Of a stretch of DNA of 64,000 bases, positions 26,101-37,900 are shown piece after piece. Made by a program: the position numbers and the translations under genes. Positions within the stretch are counted from its first letter, which is position 1. Every line of letters begins with the position of its first letter. The stretch is from Antedon mediterranea (lineage: Eukaryota; Animalia; Echinodermata): assembly GCF_964355755.1 (NCBI RefSeq), contig NC_092676.1, positions 501,788 through 565,787 on the forward strand, read 5' to 3'. The notes under the pieces were generated by a model. It made no database searches. It was given only the letters and a program-made list of their open reading frames with translations, and had not been told where the DNA came from.

Positions 26101-29100
26101 CATAATTATATGTAGGTAAATATGCGATGCGTGACTTAGTATCAAGGCTTCCAGGTGGCGGTGTTAACGATACCAAGCTATCAGATGAGAGTACACTAGC
26201 AATCCTCACAGCACTATTAGAAGTCATCTCAAAGAATATGGAAAATGCTAAGTAAGTCTAAGCATGGACTCCATGGTCTAAGTACATTATTCTGGTCTTT
26301 GGTATCATTCATCATTTTTTTTTCCCTCTTCAGACTTTTATTCAATAATATTTTTTATTAATACATATTTGAAATTTAATGCTTACATTACACAACACAA
26401 TTGTTTCAAATTTTTGTTATATGCAATTATTTGTTGTCATTCACACGCAATTCAGCAAGTTTTTATCTGAATTTTTTAATGAATATACCGAGATATAATT
26501 ATGTGTGCTTGGTTGGTTTATGTTGCTAAATCAATCAATTCTAAATTCAACTTTCTAAAAAAAATCGCTTTTGTCTGTAGGTCATTACGAGATGCAAACG
26601 GTATTGAGCGGTTAGTAACGATTTCAAAATCCAAACAATATCCAGCTAACGTAGTGAAAGCTGCGAACCAGGTGCTGTTTACCATGTGGGGCTTCCGTGA
26701 CTTGAGGGCGCTGTACAAGAAGGATGGATGGGAAGAGACGGTGTTCAATCCTATGGGATTAAAGACTGGAACGTTACCGAGGTCAGCCACAAGTCCTAAG
26801 AGCCAAGCAGCAAGGCAGGCTTCTGCTCCTATAGGAGCAGCACCTACAGGTTAGTTACATGTCAGGCCTACAACCATTTCTGTTGGGGTCTTATAATTAC
26901 TGTCTGGAAACCTAACCCTAACCCTAACACCTTAAAGTATTTTTGGAGTATGCATTATTCTGAATTAACTGTCATCTTCTTTAAGACATTCAGCAGTCAC
27001 TGACTTGCTGTTTAGACTATGAATGATACACAAACCATTATTAATTATTAAGGACTCTACTTTTGGAGCAAAAAGTGAATCTCTGGAATGTTCTATGGCT
27101 ATCATGAATCACTTCTGTTTAAATGTATTATTTCAACAAAGAAACAATCTAAACTGCTCAGCTATAAAGCTGCTTAGTAATAATGTGAAGATATCTATTC
27201 TACGAAATCAATCAATCTTCAATCAATCAATCTATCAATCTATTTATTTTCACCTAGCCACAAGCAATCCTAACTACAGTGACTCAACACTTGCGTCTCA
27301 ATACAGCGGCAAAGATGATGGGTCAGCGGGTCAGTACAAAGAAAGACCCAAAGGTATGCACTCAGTCTAATACATTTATCTTCTTTTACATTTATCATGT
27401 TTCAATCTTGTACACTACGATTGTATTCATTTCTTAGGAGTGGTTTCAGTAATTTGATTTTAACACAAATTATATGAATTAATGTAAAAACATTTTGTTA
27501 GGAAATCATATATTATGTGTGGTTTTTATTTAAACCAAAACTGCAACGTTGATTGTTGTACATTTGCACAATTTCACCCACAAATTGCTTTTTCTAAATA
27601 TTACTCACCACACTGTTTGCTACAATGTCATTTTTTTGGTTGCAGTTATAATATTATTTTCAATACTATTACTTTGTTTATAATCACTATGATAAAATAT
27701 AGTAGTTTTTGTCGTGGAATGAAAGTTTATTTTTGTCTAACATTGGCATGTGGCGCATGATTCATTGACATTTGTTAAATTTGATTGTAAATGTTGTAAA
27801 TAGTTTTAATGACACATATTATTTAAATTATTTAAACATAACATGAATGAATTAACTTATTAATTAACTCATTGACAAAACATTTTATAATTTGCCATTT
27901 CAATATTGAAATCAAAATGTATTTTAATAATCTATATTATATTCAATTAATCTATTATATAAAACGCTGTATAACACCATCAAATTAGTTTGCCCATATA
28001 TGGTAGTGATATGTCCAAATATGGTAATGATATGACATCATCATGTCCATATACGGATACAACACAGTTTGATAGCGTAGACAGATCTTTTATATTATAT
28101 ATTGTCCCTAGTTCATTTCACTGGAGAATGTCCCCATAATAAGGGCATCCCAAAGGTGGAGTATACAATATTTTATACACTAATAATAGATAACTTGTAT
28201 ACTAAGTGGATGTTGGTAATATACTGTATGGCTTTCACATTCAACTACTCACTCTATCCATATCTGTACCTTTTCTTTGTTCTCATTGTATCTGTTTTCA
28301 CTGTGGGTGTTCATGTGTGTTGTTAGCAGCCAGTGAGATGATGTATGACCCGGCTTATGCATCTGCTGAAGAAGTACAAAACTACAGAACAAAGGGTAAC
28401 ATATCAGTGCAGTTTCATTATTTTACATTCCCTCTATTTTACCTCCTTTTCGTTACATGGTTACAACATTGCATATACAGTAGTACATTGATGGTGTTAG
28501 TGTTAAATGGTACAGCTTATATATTTTGGTTATGTCCTTTTTTCATTGAACCATGTTTCATGAGGGTAGCCCATCCAACAAAGCTGATCATAGGTGCCTT
28601 CCACAATACAAACATTTCATTGAGTATTTAAAATTCATTTAATTTGAGTATTTAAAATCTTGTAAGCCGTTTGGAATATGTTTTACAACCACTGTGAGCC
28701 TTTAAGCCATCCTAGCACAGAGACTCCTGTTGTGAATTGGTAGCTCTTGCTGTGAAGGCTAAATCCTCATTTCCTACAATAAATGTAGTTGGTATCCACC
28801 ATATTTCAATCATTGTGGAGAGAGTAACTTTCCCTGAACTTGGAACACCCTTAGTGGTGAAAGTACACTAACACTAAAGCTCTGTCTACACTATTAAACT
28901 TTATGTAACAAAAAAGTGTGATGTACCCAAATATGGTAGTGATAGGCTTAAATATGATAGTGCTATGACATCATCATGTCCATATATGAGCACATCACAT
29001 TTTTTTGTCACATAAAGTTTGATAGAGTAGACAGAGCTTAATATTCTCTGTACAATGTTGTACACCATTACCTAAGGCCATCATGTACTTGCTATGTTGA

Positions 29101-31103
29101 CATAGACATGAACTGAATCATTCTCTCTGAATTCTTTCATTCAATTTAAATCACTCTGGTTGATGCAACTCTTGCTTGCATTCTTTATATTGTTACATAC
29201 TGCATTTAATTGGTTGAAGACCTTTTTGACGTGAAATACTAGTAACTTTAACAATTGGTATAATAATATCTGTACACATAAATGAACCAATATTCATTTT
29301 ATTCTGCATGTATATTTGTATATACACAGTATGGAAGCACTATGTATGTTTGTAAAATTGTAATTGAACTTTGCTGCATGCACTCTGATCACTATTAATG
29401 TGTATATATATAATATAGCTAGAAATGTAATATTTAGTATTATTATTATTATTATTTATATTTAAAAAGTTGTATGCTAAAAGAATTAGAAACCTAACAA
29501 TAGTACATTATTACGTTACACTAATGTAACGCATGCACTATATAGTATGCCACAATAAACAATGTAACGCATGCACTATATAGTATGCCACAATAAACAA
29601 TGTAACGCATGCACTATATAGTATGCCACAATAAACAATGTAACGCATGCACTATATAGTATGCCACAATAAACAATGTAACGCATGCACTATATAGTAT
29701 GCCACAATAAACAATGTAACGCATGCACTATATAGTATGCCACAATAAACAATGTAACGCATGCACTATATAGTATGCCACAATAAACAATGTAACGCAT
29801 GCACTATATAGTATGCCACAATAAACAATGTAACGCATGCACTATATAGTATGCCACAATAAACAATGTAACGCATGCACTATATAGTATGCCACAATAA
29901 ACAATGTAACGCATGCACTATATAGTATGCCACAATAAACAATGTAACGCATGCACTATATAGTATGCCACAATAAACAATGTAACGCATGCACTATATA
30001 GTATGCCACAATAAACAATGTAACGCATGCACTATATAGTATGCCACAATAAACAATGTAACGCATGCACTATATAGTATGCCACAATAAACAATGTAAC
30101 GCATGCACTATATAGTATGCCACAATAAACAATGTAACGCATGCACTATATAGTATGCCACAATAAACAATGTAACGCATGCACTATATAGTATGCCACA
30201 ATAAACAATGTAACGCATGCACTATATAGTATGCCACAATAAACAATGTAACGCATGCACTATATAGTATGCCACAATAAACAATGTAACGCATGCACTA
30301 TATAGTATGCCACAATAAACAATGTAACGCATGCACTATATAGTATGCCACAATAAACAATGTAACGCATGCACTATATAGTATGCCACAATAAACACAT
30401 TTTGGTTTGTTATTCTTTGCCAAGCAATAAATACACACTTTTGTTTTACTAAGAACAAAAAGAAATAGAAGTATATCTAAATATATGCTGCTTTAAATAT
30501 TGCATTTTTGTTTTAAATTGCTAATTTTGTAGAGCACCACCGGTACCCATCTGGAGATGAGCATATAGGTATGCAAGACTTTACCTATTCAAGTGTAGAT
30601 AACAACTCATTCAAACCACCAGCTGGCTCTGTGCCAATGTATGGTATGGCAAGGGTAAGTGCTAGCTTTATAGCTAAAAAGGCTTTAGTTTAAATCATGT
30701 AAAATGTTTATTATTTACACAGCGTATTTTATGATACTAAATGTTGTTAATTTCACTTGTTTTGTATACTAGATTGTTAAAATTGATTTTTGTAGTATTT
30801 TTTTCTTAGCAGCAAATAAAAATTACTGAATAATAAATATGTGGTTGGCACATTAATTACCATAAAATATATTATACATATATCTATGACACAACAAATG
30901 TGATTTGGTAAATGTGATTTTTGTTGTTGTAGGAAAATGATGGACCCACATCACCAAGCCGAGAACCAGTTTATGCAAAGGTTGATAAAGAAAAGAAAAA
31001 TAGCTACCGACAAAGTTTAACTGAAAACGAAGATGGCACGCCAGTCACTAGCATACAGCTCAATGGACCTGGCGACGACCCTAACATTGATTCATGGGTT
31101 TAA
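5162..31103 (+). CDS. CTNND2: delta-catenin / p120-family ARM-repeat catenin (CTNND2/ARVCF/PKP4-like), about 23 coding exons, about 1100 aa
   Basis: Phase-consistent GT-AG exons: 5162-5278, 5983-6092, 8684-8788, 11135-11256, 12166-12236, 12508-13036, 13300-13392, 16453-16551, 20112-20241, 20773-20962, 21355-21402, 21704-21855, 22163-22280, 23781-23913, 24736-24823, 25271-25454, 25666-25816, 26116-26251, 26581-26849, 27258-27353, 28327-28395, 30533-30654, 30933-31103 (3303 nt). Family hallmarks: [22 protein letters not shown] coiled coil; [50 protein letters not shown] and [17 protein letters not shown] motifs; C-terminal DSWV. The symbol is the best family-level match; paralogue identity is not resolvable here. 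Confidence 0.93.
5317..5508. mobile_element. MITE family A (PIF/Harbinger-like), full copy
   Basis: TIR agctctgtctacactatcaaact ... agtttgatagtgtagacaaagct, flanked by TAA/TTA. Internal cccaaatatggtagtgatat subrepeats. Confidence 0.85.
6165..8234. repeat. 69-bp minisatellite, 30 near-identical copies, in a delta-catenin intron
   Basis: Unit ccatacccttaYactgtagataccctgctgatgcagacttattcaatgtactgtaagactgggtataat. It explains the 719-aa and 684-aa ORFs. Confidence 0.98.
9581..9669. mobile_element. MITE family A, partial copy
   Basis: Internal ctaccatatttgggca plus terminal agtttgatagtgtagacagagcttta. Confidence 0.8.
14632..14664 (+). CDS. Candidate 33-nt cassette exon of delta-catenin ([10 protein letters not shown])
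   Basis: Acceptor ttttccatcatag, donor AAG/gtaaat, purine-rich, phase 1-1, open in the catenin frame. Confidence 0.35.
16868..17220 (+). CDS. Candidate alternative delta-catenin exon (basic KTNKRK then Thr/Ser/Pro-rich 17-aa repeats)
   Basis: The acceptor ttatttttataag at 16867 is in frame (phase 1) with ORF 16903-17220. Phase-1 donors occur after 16888 and after 17206, with an in-frame TAG at 17218-17220. About 4 imperfect 51-bp repeats encode [16 protein letters not shown]. Confidence 0.45.
17950..18071. repeat. 61-bp tandem duplication
   Basis: aagctgctcctgatatgaatattatgaacagtggctaatccaatattgaccaccatgtatt occurs twice. A 20-bp x3 repeat lies nearby at about 17748-17812. Confidence 0.9.
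19320..19352 (+). CDS. Candidate 33-nt cassette exon of delta-catenin ([11 protein letters not shown]) with an internal in-frame ATG
   Basis: Strong acceptor (tcttttttcag) and donor (AG/gtaagg). Symmetric phase 1-1 and stop-free in the catenin frame. Confidence 0.45.
21491..21551. mobile_element. MITE family A, internally deleted copy
   Basis: actctgtttacac ... agtttgatagtgtagacagagcttta. Confidence 0.75.
23950..24191. repeat. 12-bp degenerate tandem repeat (gggtaaaccata / aggcagaccata), about 20 copies
   Basis: Directly visible periodicity. It explains four overlapping low-complexity ORFs. Confidence 0.95.
24289..24390. mobile_element. MITE family A, internally deleted copy with TAA on both flanks
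   Basis: taa agccttgtctacactat ... ttgatagtgtagacagagct taa. Confidence 0.8.
25476..25534. mobile_element. MITE family A, minimal copy
   Basis: gccttgtctacactatcaaactttatgtgacaaaa ... agtgtagacggagtttta. Confidence 0.7.
27961..28090. mobile_element. MITE family A, degenerate copy
   Basis: Internal tggtagtgatatgtccaaatatgg and terminal agtttgatagcgtagacagatcttt. Confidence 0.75.
28875..29041. mobile_element. MITE family A, full copy with TAA target duplication
   Basis: taa agctctgtctacactattaaactttatgtaacaaaaa ... tttttgtcacataaagtttgatagagtagacagagct taa. Confidence 0.88.
29523..30396. repeat. 38-bp minisatellite, 23 identical copies
   Basis: Unit aatgtaacgcatgcactatatagtatgccacaataaac; 874 bp = 23 x 38. 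Confidence 0.98.
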
Positions 31104-31396
31104 ACATTGGAAATATGAACGCATAAAATGTACAATGAATGATTCTTAAAATGATTTATTAGGGCAGCTGGTTTTGTATGAATGTGCTTGGAAACACTGC
31201 AGGATCTTTTCATGGATAATTTGATGGATTACTGGAAAATACATTATGATTATATAAAGATGGAACCTCTAATTATTGCTAATTTATAAATTGAAATTTT
31301 ATCAAATTATCAATGATGAAATATGGAAAAAATGATGAAATGGGCCCATAGCTGCAGGTTGAAGTTAAGTGAAGCTATATATAATGATGGCAAAGA

Positions 31397-31580
31397 ATTG
31401 TGAATGGATGGAATAACAAGGCATTGTGAATAAATAGGAATAATGAATCATTGTGAATGTATATGAATAACGAATCACTGTGAATATAGAGGAAGGAATA
31501 AAGAATCATTGTGAATGTAGAAGAAGGAATAATGAATCATTGTGAATGTAGAAGAAGGAATAACGAAGCATTGTGAATCT
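31397..31580. repeat. About 27-31-bp degenerate tandem repeat in the catenin 3' UTR
   Basis: Recurring gaatcattgtgaatgtagaagaaggaataa-like units. Confidence 0.8.
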
Positions 31581-31889
31581 AATTAATCTTCACAAGAGGA
31601 CTTAATAAACTATGATTGCATTTAAAGATTATTAATGAAATAGCTGGTGATTTGTATTCATGATTACTTTGAAATATGGTAGCTGTTACCCAATGGCATT
31701 GATTTACACAAACAATTACAAATGTGTCGGATCGTTGATTGGTACAAAGTGGTCATTCGTAGACCAATTTAGAATGTGTGAATTGTGAACAAGTGGAAGA
31801 ATAGTTTAGAATATTGCAATTAAAAGACATTTACTGATTAAGAACTCATGAGAAAATAATTAGTTTTAATGCTTTGATTCTACTGATTC

Positions 31890-32065
31890 AACCTGGAATG
31901 AACCGGTTTAAACCATATTCTTGTCAAGCTGAACTGGTTTAAATCATATTCTTTACAAACTGGAATGAACCGGTTTAAACCATATTCTTTACCAACTGGA
32001 ATGTACTGGTTTAAACCATATTCTTAACTAACTGGAATGAACCAATTTAAACCATATTCTTGGCA
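31890..32065. repeat. About 34-39-bp degenerate tandem repeat in the catenin 3' UTR
   Basis: About 5 units of aactggaatgaaccggtttaaaccatattctt. Confidence 0.8.
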
Positions 32066-34504
32066 AGCCAGTAGTCTGTATTTACAGTCTGAATGGGCAT
32101 GTGACGTAGAGTAGTGAAACCAGTTTTAACTGGAACAATTTTGTTTTATATTGAGCAGACAAGATGTATTTTAATCTTTGTTAAACATTTTAAACTAATA
32201 ATAAATGATGTAGTCTCTGACCCATGTACAGTACATAGATTTTACCACTTGTAAAATAAATTATGTTTGCTTGTATAACGTATAATATTAATTAGCAGGT
32301 GATTTTATTAAGCAATATATTTCACTCCCTCCCTAATGTGCCTTTAATTTACAGTGAAATTGTCTTGCTAAATTTAATTGTAGATAAAAACATCAAAATA
32401 TATTTAAAGGTAATCCCTGGACACAATTATATAAATGCGCTTGTACACTAAAGAAACATGTGAAGGGAATATAGCATAATGGTAAAAACGAGAATGGTGA
32501 TGGTTGTCAAATGGTAAATACGGCAGACATTTTGAAACGGTCTGAAAATTTAAAATGGTTGACATTTTGAATTTATATTTCATGTTTGTCTGTATAGGAA
32601 TGCAGTAATGTAGTGAACAAAATATGGATGTTAATGTTATGAATGTTGAATGTTTTGACTTGATGAGCACATTCAATACCTACTAGCACATTTAGCTGCA
32701 CCAATCACTTAATGTTATCACCATTTTATAGTTGTTATTGTATCAAAAACAAATTTAGTTTAAATAGAAACTATTAAGGCATTCCAAGTTGTTGTACTTA
32801 CTCAGTCATGTTTGTTTGTAAAGATCACGTACACAAAGTTAACATTGTTTAATAAGCTCAATTAGTCATTTCCATTTATAAAGATGACATTCAATAGTTT
32901 ACGTACAAATGACTCTGGTGTAATTCATCCTGGTTCAAGAAGAGTTGATGTAAAGTATCTACAAAGGTTTTATTGTGAACAAATGAATATAGGGATTACT
33001 GTACAGTGTACATGTGATAACTAAATGACACTGTAATTGCATTATGCATTCCAATCATTTCCCCCATTTATGATCACTCCAATTCTATTTATTTTCCAAA
33101 ATGATGTTTAAATATTCCAGGTTATTCCAAGTGAATATTGAGATATTCAAAATAGATGTCCATTACATGTAAATCATTATCAGACATGTATCAGCCATGC
33201 ATCCTCATTTGTATTCCAGATGGATGTAAACATATTCCAGGTGGTCCCCTAAAATTATTCCAGGTGAATGTGCCATCACCTGTGGCAGGCAGATAACTGG
33301 TGGAGAATCAGACATACAATTGATAGATCAAATATGTGTATTCCAATGAGAACAAGTAAATTATTCTACTATTTATACATTGATTAAGAAGTACAGTAGT
33401 CAATTAGTTTAAATGAAATTGTATTCATTTGTGGTTTGAGGACAATTGTGAAATAATGATTCATGTTCAAAATGTTATAATGTGATTTAATACATTATTC
33501 TACCACATACACATATTTACTTTTTCTATTTTTTTGTACATTTTATGATTTTATTCTGAGTATGCAAGCTGTATCTTCATTTGGTTTTTTTAAATTTTGC
33601 ATTTGTGATTCACTTTGTAAATAATATGAAGATTTTATTGATATTTTTAACGTGTCTATTTTTGCTGTTAATGTTATTTTTAGATGTTTTTTTAAAACAC
33701 TATTATCAAGTTTTGTTGCATGGTAGTTCAATTTATTTTTGATTAAATTGTACAGTTGCTTTTTATTTTATTGTTAGAAAAATTGTTTTTACCATGAAAT
33801 TTGTGGCTTATTTAGTTTTATCCTTAAAATGCAATAATGAAGTAAAACAAAGATTATTTTAATTAAGCCAACCCTTGTAGAATAATACCATGCATTTACC
33901 TAGCATGTGTGTATGACGCCCTCATATATTTTAGTAATGAAAATGTTCCATTTTGAATCCGGTAACAAATTATTATTCACTGAGTTTTATATCCATTGAA
34001 TAACATATACTTAGAGCATTAATGTTATACCAATGATATTTGATTATAACAACATTAATGTTACAGAAAAGTTGACAATATACCAATAATAATGTTACAT
34101 TGTTTGATATGTTGTTTAAATGACATGGAACATTAATGTTAATATGTTATTTTAATATTCCGACAATAATTCTGTTTTTAATGATGTAGAAATGTTTTTC
34201 TGCCCATGACATACCAAATTAAATAAAAGATTGTAGATATTAAGTGCATTCCATAAATAATCAAAAACCATCAATAATTGTAATTAAGAATAACTACATT
34301 CTTTAAGTTAACATTTTCTAATTTCATAGTAAACATTAATGTGATTCAGTGTCATTGATGTATTAAATGTATTGACAACATTGTAACCGTAGATGCTTTT
34401 AATGTTGCTATTCTATCCATACTTGTTGTTGGGTATTTGGTATCTTAATAACAACCTTAGTTCTTGCAATGACATTTCTTTCAGAAGACATTTTAAACCT
34501 TGCT

Positions 34505-34550
34505 AATAAAATAACTGGCAGGAATTCTTGTATTTTGTTTCTTTATTTGT
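34505..34550 (+). terminator. Probable delta-catenin polyadenylation signal (about 3.4-kb 3' UTR)
   Basis: AATAAA at 34505-34510 followed by a U/GU-rich tract (tattttgtttctttatttgt). Other AATAAA hexamers lie upstream, so this assignment is tentative. Confidence 0.4.
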
Positions 34551-34789
34551 GAGTTATAAATAGTTGTGATGTCATCATTATGTTTTAACAAGTTTATCGA
34601 CTTCGTTTGGTGGGTGACTTCTTTTATTTACTTGTAGTCCTACTATCCTCTTAGCAGTTGTAAAATAAATGATCGAAACGAGAAAAGAGTAAATTCTACC
34701 TGTCTGTATCAATTATTTAGCAATAAGTGCGAATAGTTTTATTAGGATTAGTTTATACGGCAGTCTTGCGAACAACAGTTTTAGATTAA

Positions 34790-34974
34790 TTTACACGACT
34801 GTCGTGTGAATAACGTATACATTTTTTTTCTATATAGAGGTCGTGATCAAAAATGGTTCCCGTCACGACCTCCTCGTCCACTCGATCGAAAAACAATGTG
34901 GACGATCCGCGAGTTCTGAAACAATTTCTTTCTTAATTAAACTGCAATTAAATAGTTAATACATATACAACATT
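34790..34974 (+). promoter_or_regulatory. INTS11 proximal promoter / 5' UTR
   Basis: CpG-enriched patch just upstream of the ATG, with TATATA near 34831, a YY1-like AAAATGG and two palindromes. Confidence 0.45.
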
Positions 34975-37900
34975 ATGTCTGACATTCGAGTAATTCCACT
35001 AGGTAAGTTAAGCTGATTTTATATGGAAAATAAAGCTTAATTATCGTAGTTATTTGTAGCTAGGCCTAGACTTAGGCCTTCTCATTAGACACATTGAACA
35101 ACCACCCAGTAAAATAATGAGCAGTTTAAAACATCTGATCAATGAGTAGTCGTTTCGGCCCCCAACCAGAAAAGCCCAGGCCAGGAGACGAGTTTCAAAT
35201 GGTCCAAACCGAATCATCTGTATGACACACAGAAAGTAATATTGATTATTAATTACATTTGTGTTATTTTTTAACGTGTTGATAATGATCATGATTAATT
35301 AATAATAAAAATAACAATTTTGAAATTTTTTTTATATTTTAAATTTAGGTGCAGGCCAAGGTATGTTATTTTTATGTTTATAAATATTAACCAAATTTAT
35401 AATTATACATTTTATACTATATTCATGAAAAATGTAATTATGCAATACCACATATACAAACAATTTTGCTCAAGCAAACTCAACTACCCATTCCTCTTTT
35501 GTGTCTAAAGCAATATATGTAAATCGTTAACAAAAAGTGTCTGTCCTGGTGACAGAACTACATTTAAATAAAAATTTATTTTAATACTATAGATGTTGGT
35601 AGAAGCTGTATCCTTGTAACAATTGGAGGAAAGAATGTAATGTTGGATTGTGGGATGCATATGGGGTACAATGATGATGTAAGTTTTCAAAGGTGTAATA
35701 TTATAAATGTATTTTTTATTCATATTTAAATTCTGGTACTTAAAAAAAAATATAAATACAGAAACTGAAATTTATATTCATGTACAACTAGACCTATACT
35801 AATATACATCAGTAACTGTAAGTAATAGTAATATGTATAGTGAACACAAGGTTGCTATATAATTCTGTATTTAATTATGGAATTTTGTTTTTTGATACAG
35901 AGACGTTTTCCTGATTTTACATACATCACAAAATCTGGGAAATTAACAGATCATTTGGACTGTGTTATTATAAGGTAACTTTTATTATTAACCAATTATT
36001 AAAATATGTGGAATAAGTACAGTAGGAGGGAATCCATGTTTGGATAAAGGGACTGGTGGTCTGAAACAGATTCCAAGAACCCCAAAATATGCCTCTTGTA
36101 AGTCAATACAATAGTTTCACAACTTAAACATAGGAGTTACATTAGTTTTGTTTTAAAATAAGTTGAAACATTTTGTTGGTAATTGTTGTAGTCACTTTCA
36201 TCTTGATCATTGTGGATCTCTGCCGTACATGAGTGAGATGGTTGGCTATGATGGTCCTATCTACATGACATCACCCACTAAAGCTATTTGTCCTATTTTA
36301 TTGGTAAGTGAAACTACAATACAATTTATACAGATTTTAATTCAACTGGGGAAATCACTGAGCCCATCATGATGTATTGTAAAAAGGGATTGTAGCCTCC
36401 TGTGGCAAGTGTACTTGGTGTAGGTCTGGGCTATTTCAAACTGTAGATAGTCCACACCAACTGAGCCCCACTGAGGGGGTTAAGGTGATATTGTAAATAT
36501 GACATATACGACACCTAGATGGTCGGCCATGCAAGTTGCTAATTTTTAATAACTTATTCATAATACCTATTTAAGGAGGACTATAGGAAGATCTCTGTTG
36601 AAAAGAAAGGAGAGACTAACTTCTTCACATCAGGAGTAAGAATAGTTTATTTTGTTTTATCAAAAAATTAAAAACTTTTAAAATGTAAAAACCTACACAT
36701 TTTGCATGTTTCAATTGTTTTTGGTATAGTATGCAAATTTCAAGTAGAATATATTTTTGTCTTATTTTAGATGATTAAAGATTGTATGAAGAAGGTTATC
36801 ACAGTCAATTTACATCAGACAATCAAGGTAAAATTTATTGGAATGTTCTATTTTGAGTGTAGCCCTTTTATAAGAGAGTTGGCCTGTGTACTGACTCACA
36901 TACCTAACCTTTTATTGCATCTTTCTGTTTACACTATCAAACTTTATGTGACAACAACATGTGATATGCCCATATATGGACATGATGATACATACCACTA
37001 CCATATTTAGGCACTACCATATTCGGGCACATAAAGTTTGATAGTGTAGACAGAGCTCTGGTAAAGTTAGGTTTGCGGTACTTCATGTGTTTCCAAAAGG
37101 ATCTATGAATCATCTACATAGATATTACATTAGATAAATAAGAATACATTAAAATTGACACACTTTAACTGAGATAGAATATTGTGCTATTAGATTTAAA
37201 ACAATGTAACAAACTATATAAATGATGATATTCTACAAAATGTTTGGCAGGTTGACGATGAGTTGGAGATTAAAGCTTACTACGCTGGGCATGTGTTAGG
37301 AGCTGCTATGATTCAAGTCAAAGTGGGTGATAATTCATTTGTCTATACAGTGAGTACAAAGTGTTAACCTTTTATAGCTTGTGAACTAGATTTTATATTC
37401 CATTTACATGGATGGAAATGGAATTGTGAGATAGACCCATGTTTAAACAAATTTCTAATCCACAGGCTTTTTGTCCATTAAAATTTACTGTTGACAATGG
37501 TTTTGATAATTTATACATACTGTTAATATAATTCTTACAGAAGATTGATATTTTCTGACTGCTTACCATATTTCTCTGGCTGTTTCACATTTTGATTTAG
37601 GTTTTTACTTATTTATTTTAAGATTCCGCTATTGATACCCACAACGTTACATGTTTTCTCCCAGTAATTTTCTTTAAAGATTATACTTCGTGTGTATTAT
37701 TAGTACTGTAATCCTCAACAACAATTATTTATTTTCTCAGGGAGACTACAACATGACACCAGACAGACATTTAGGGTAATTGTAGTAAATTTCATTATGT
37801 AACTTAATTATGTCAAGGATTTGTCTTGGACTCAGTCACCATCACTGATGTGGCTTTTCTATACATTGTGAGACTGTGTATTTGTAAGCCAGTTAATTTA

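Noticed and set aside
26909-26928. Interstitial telomeric (CCCTAA)n
   Set aside because: Only 2-3 units; more likely a repeat fragment or chance.
29523-30396. CRISPR array (38-bp periodic unit); the 53, 69 and 73-bp arrays were also considered
   Set aside because: The units are head-to-tail identical with no unique spacers, there are no cas genes, and the context is eukaryotic introns.
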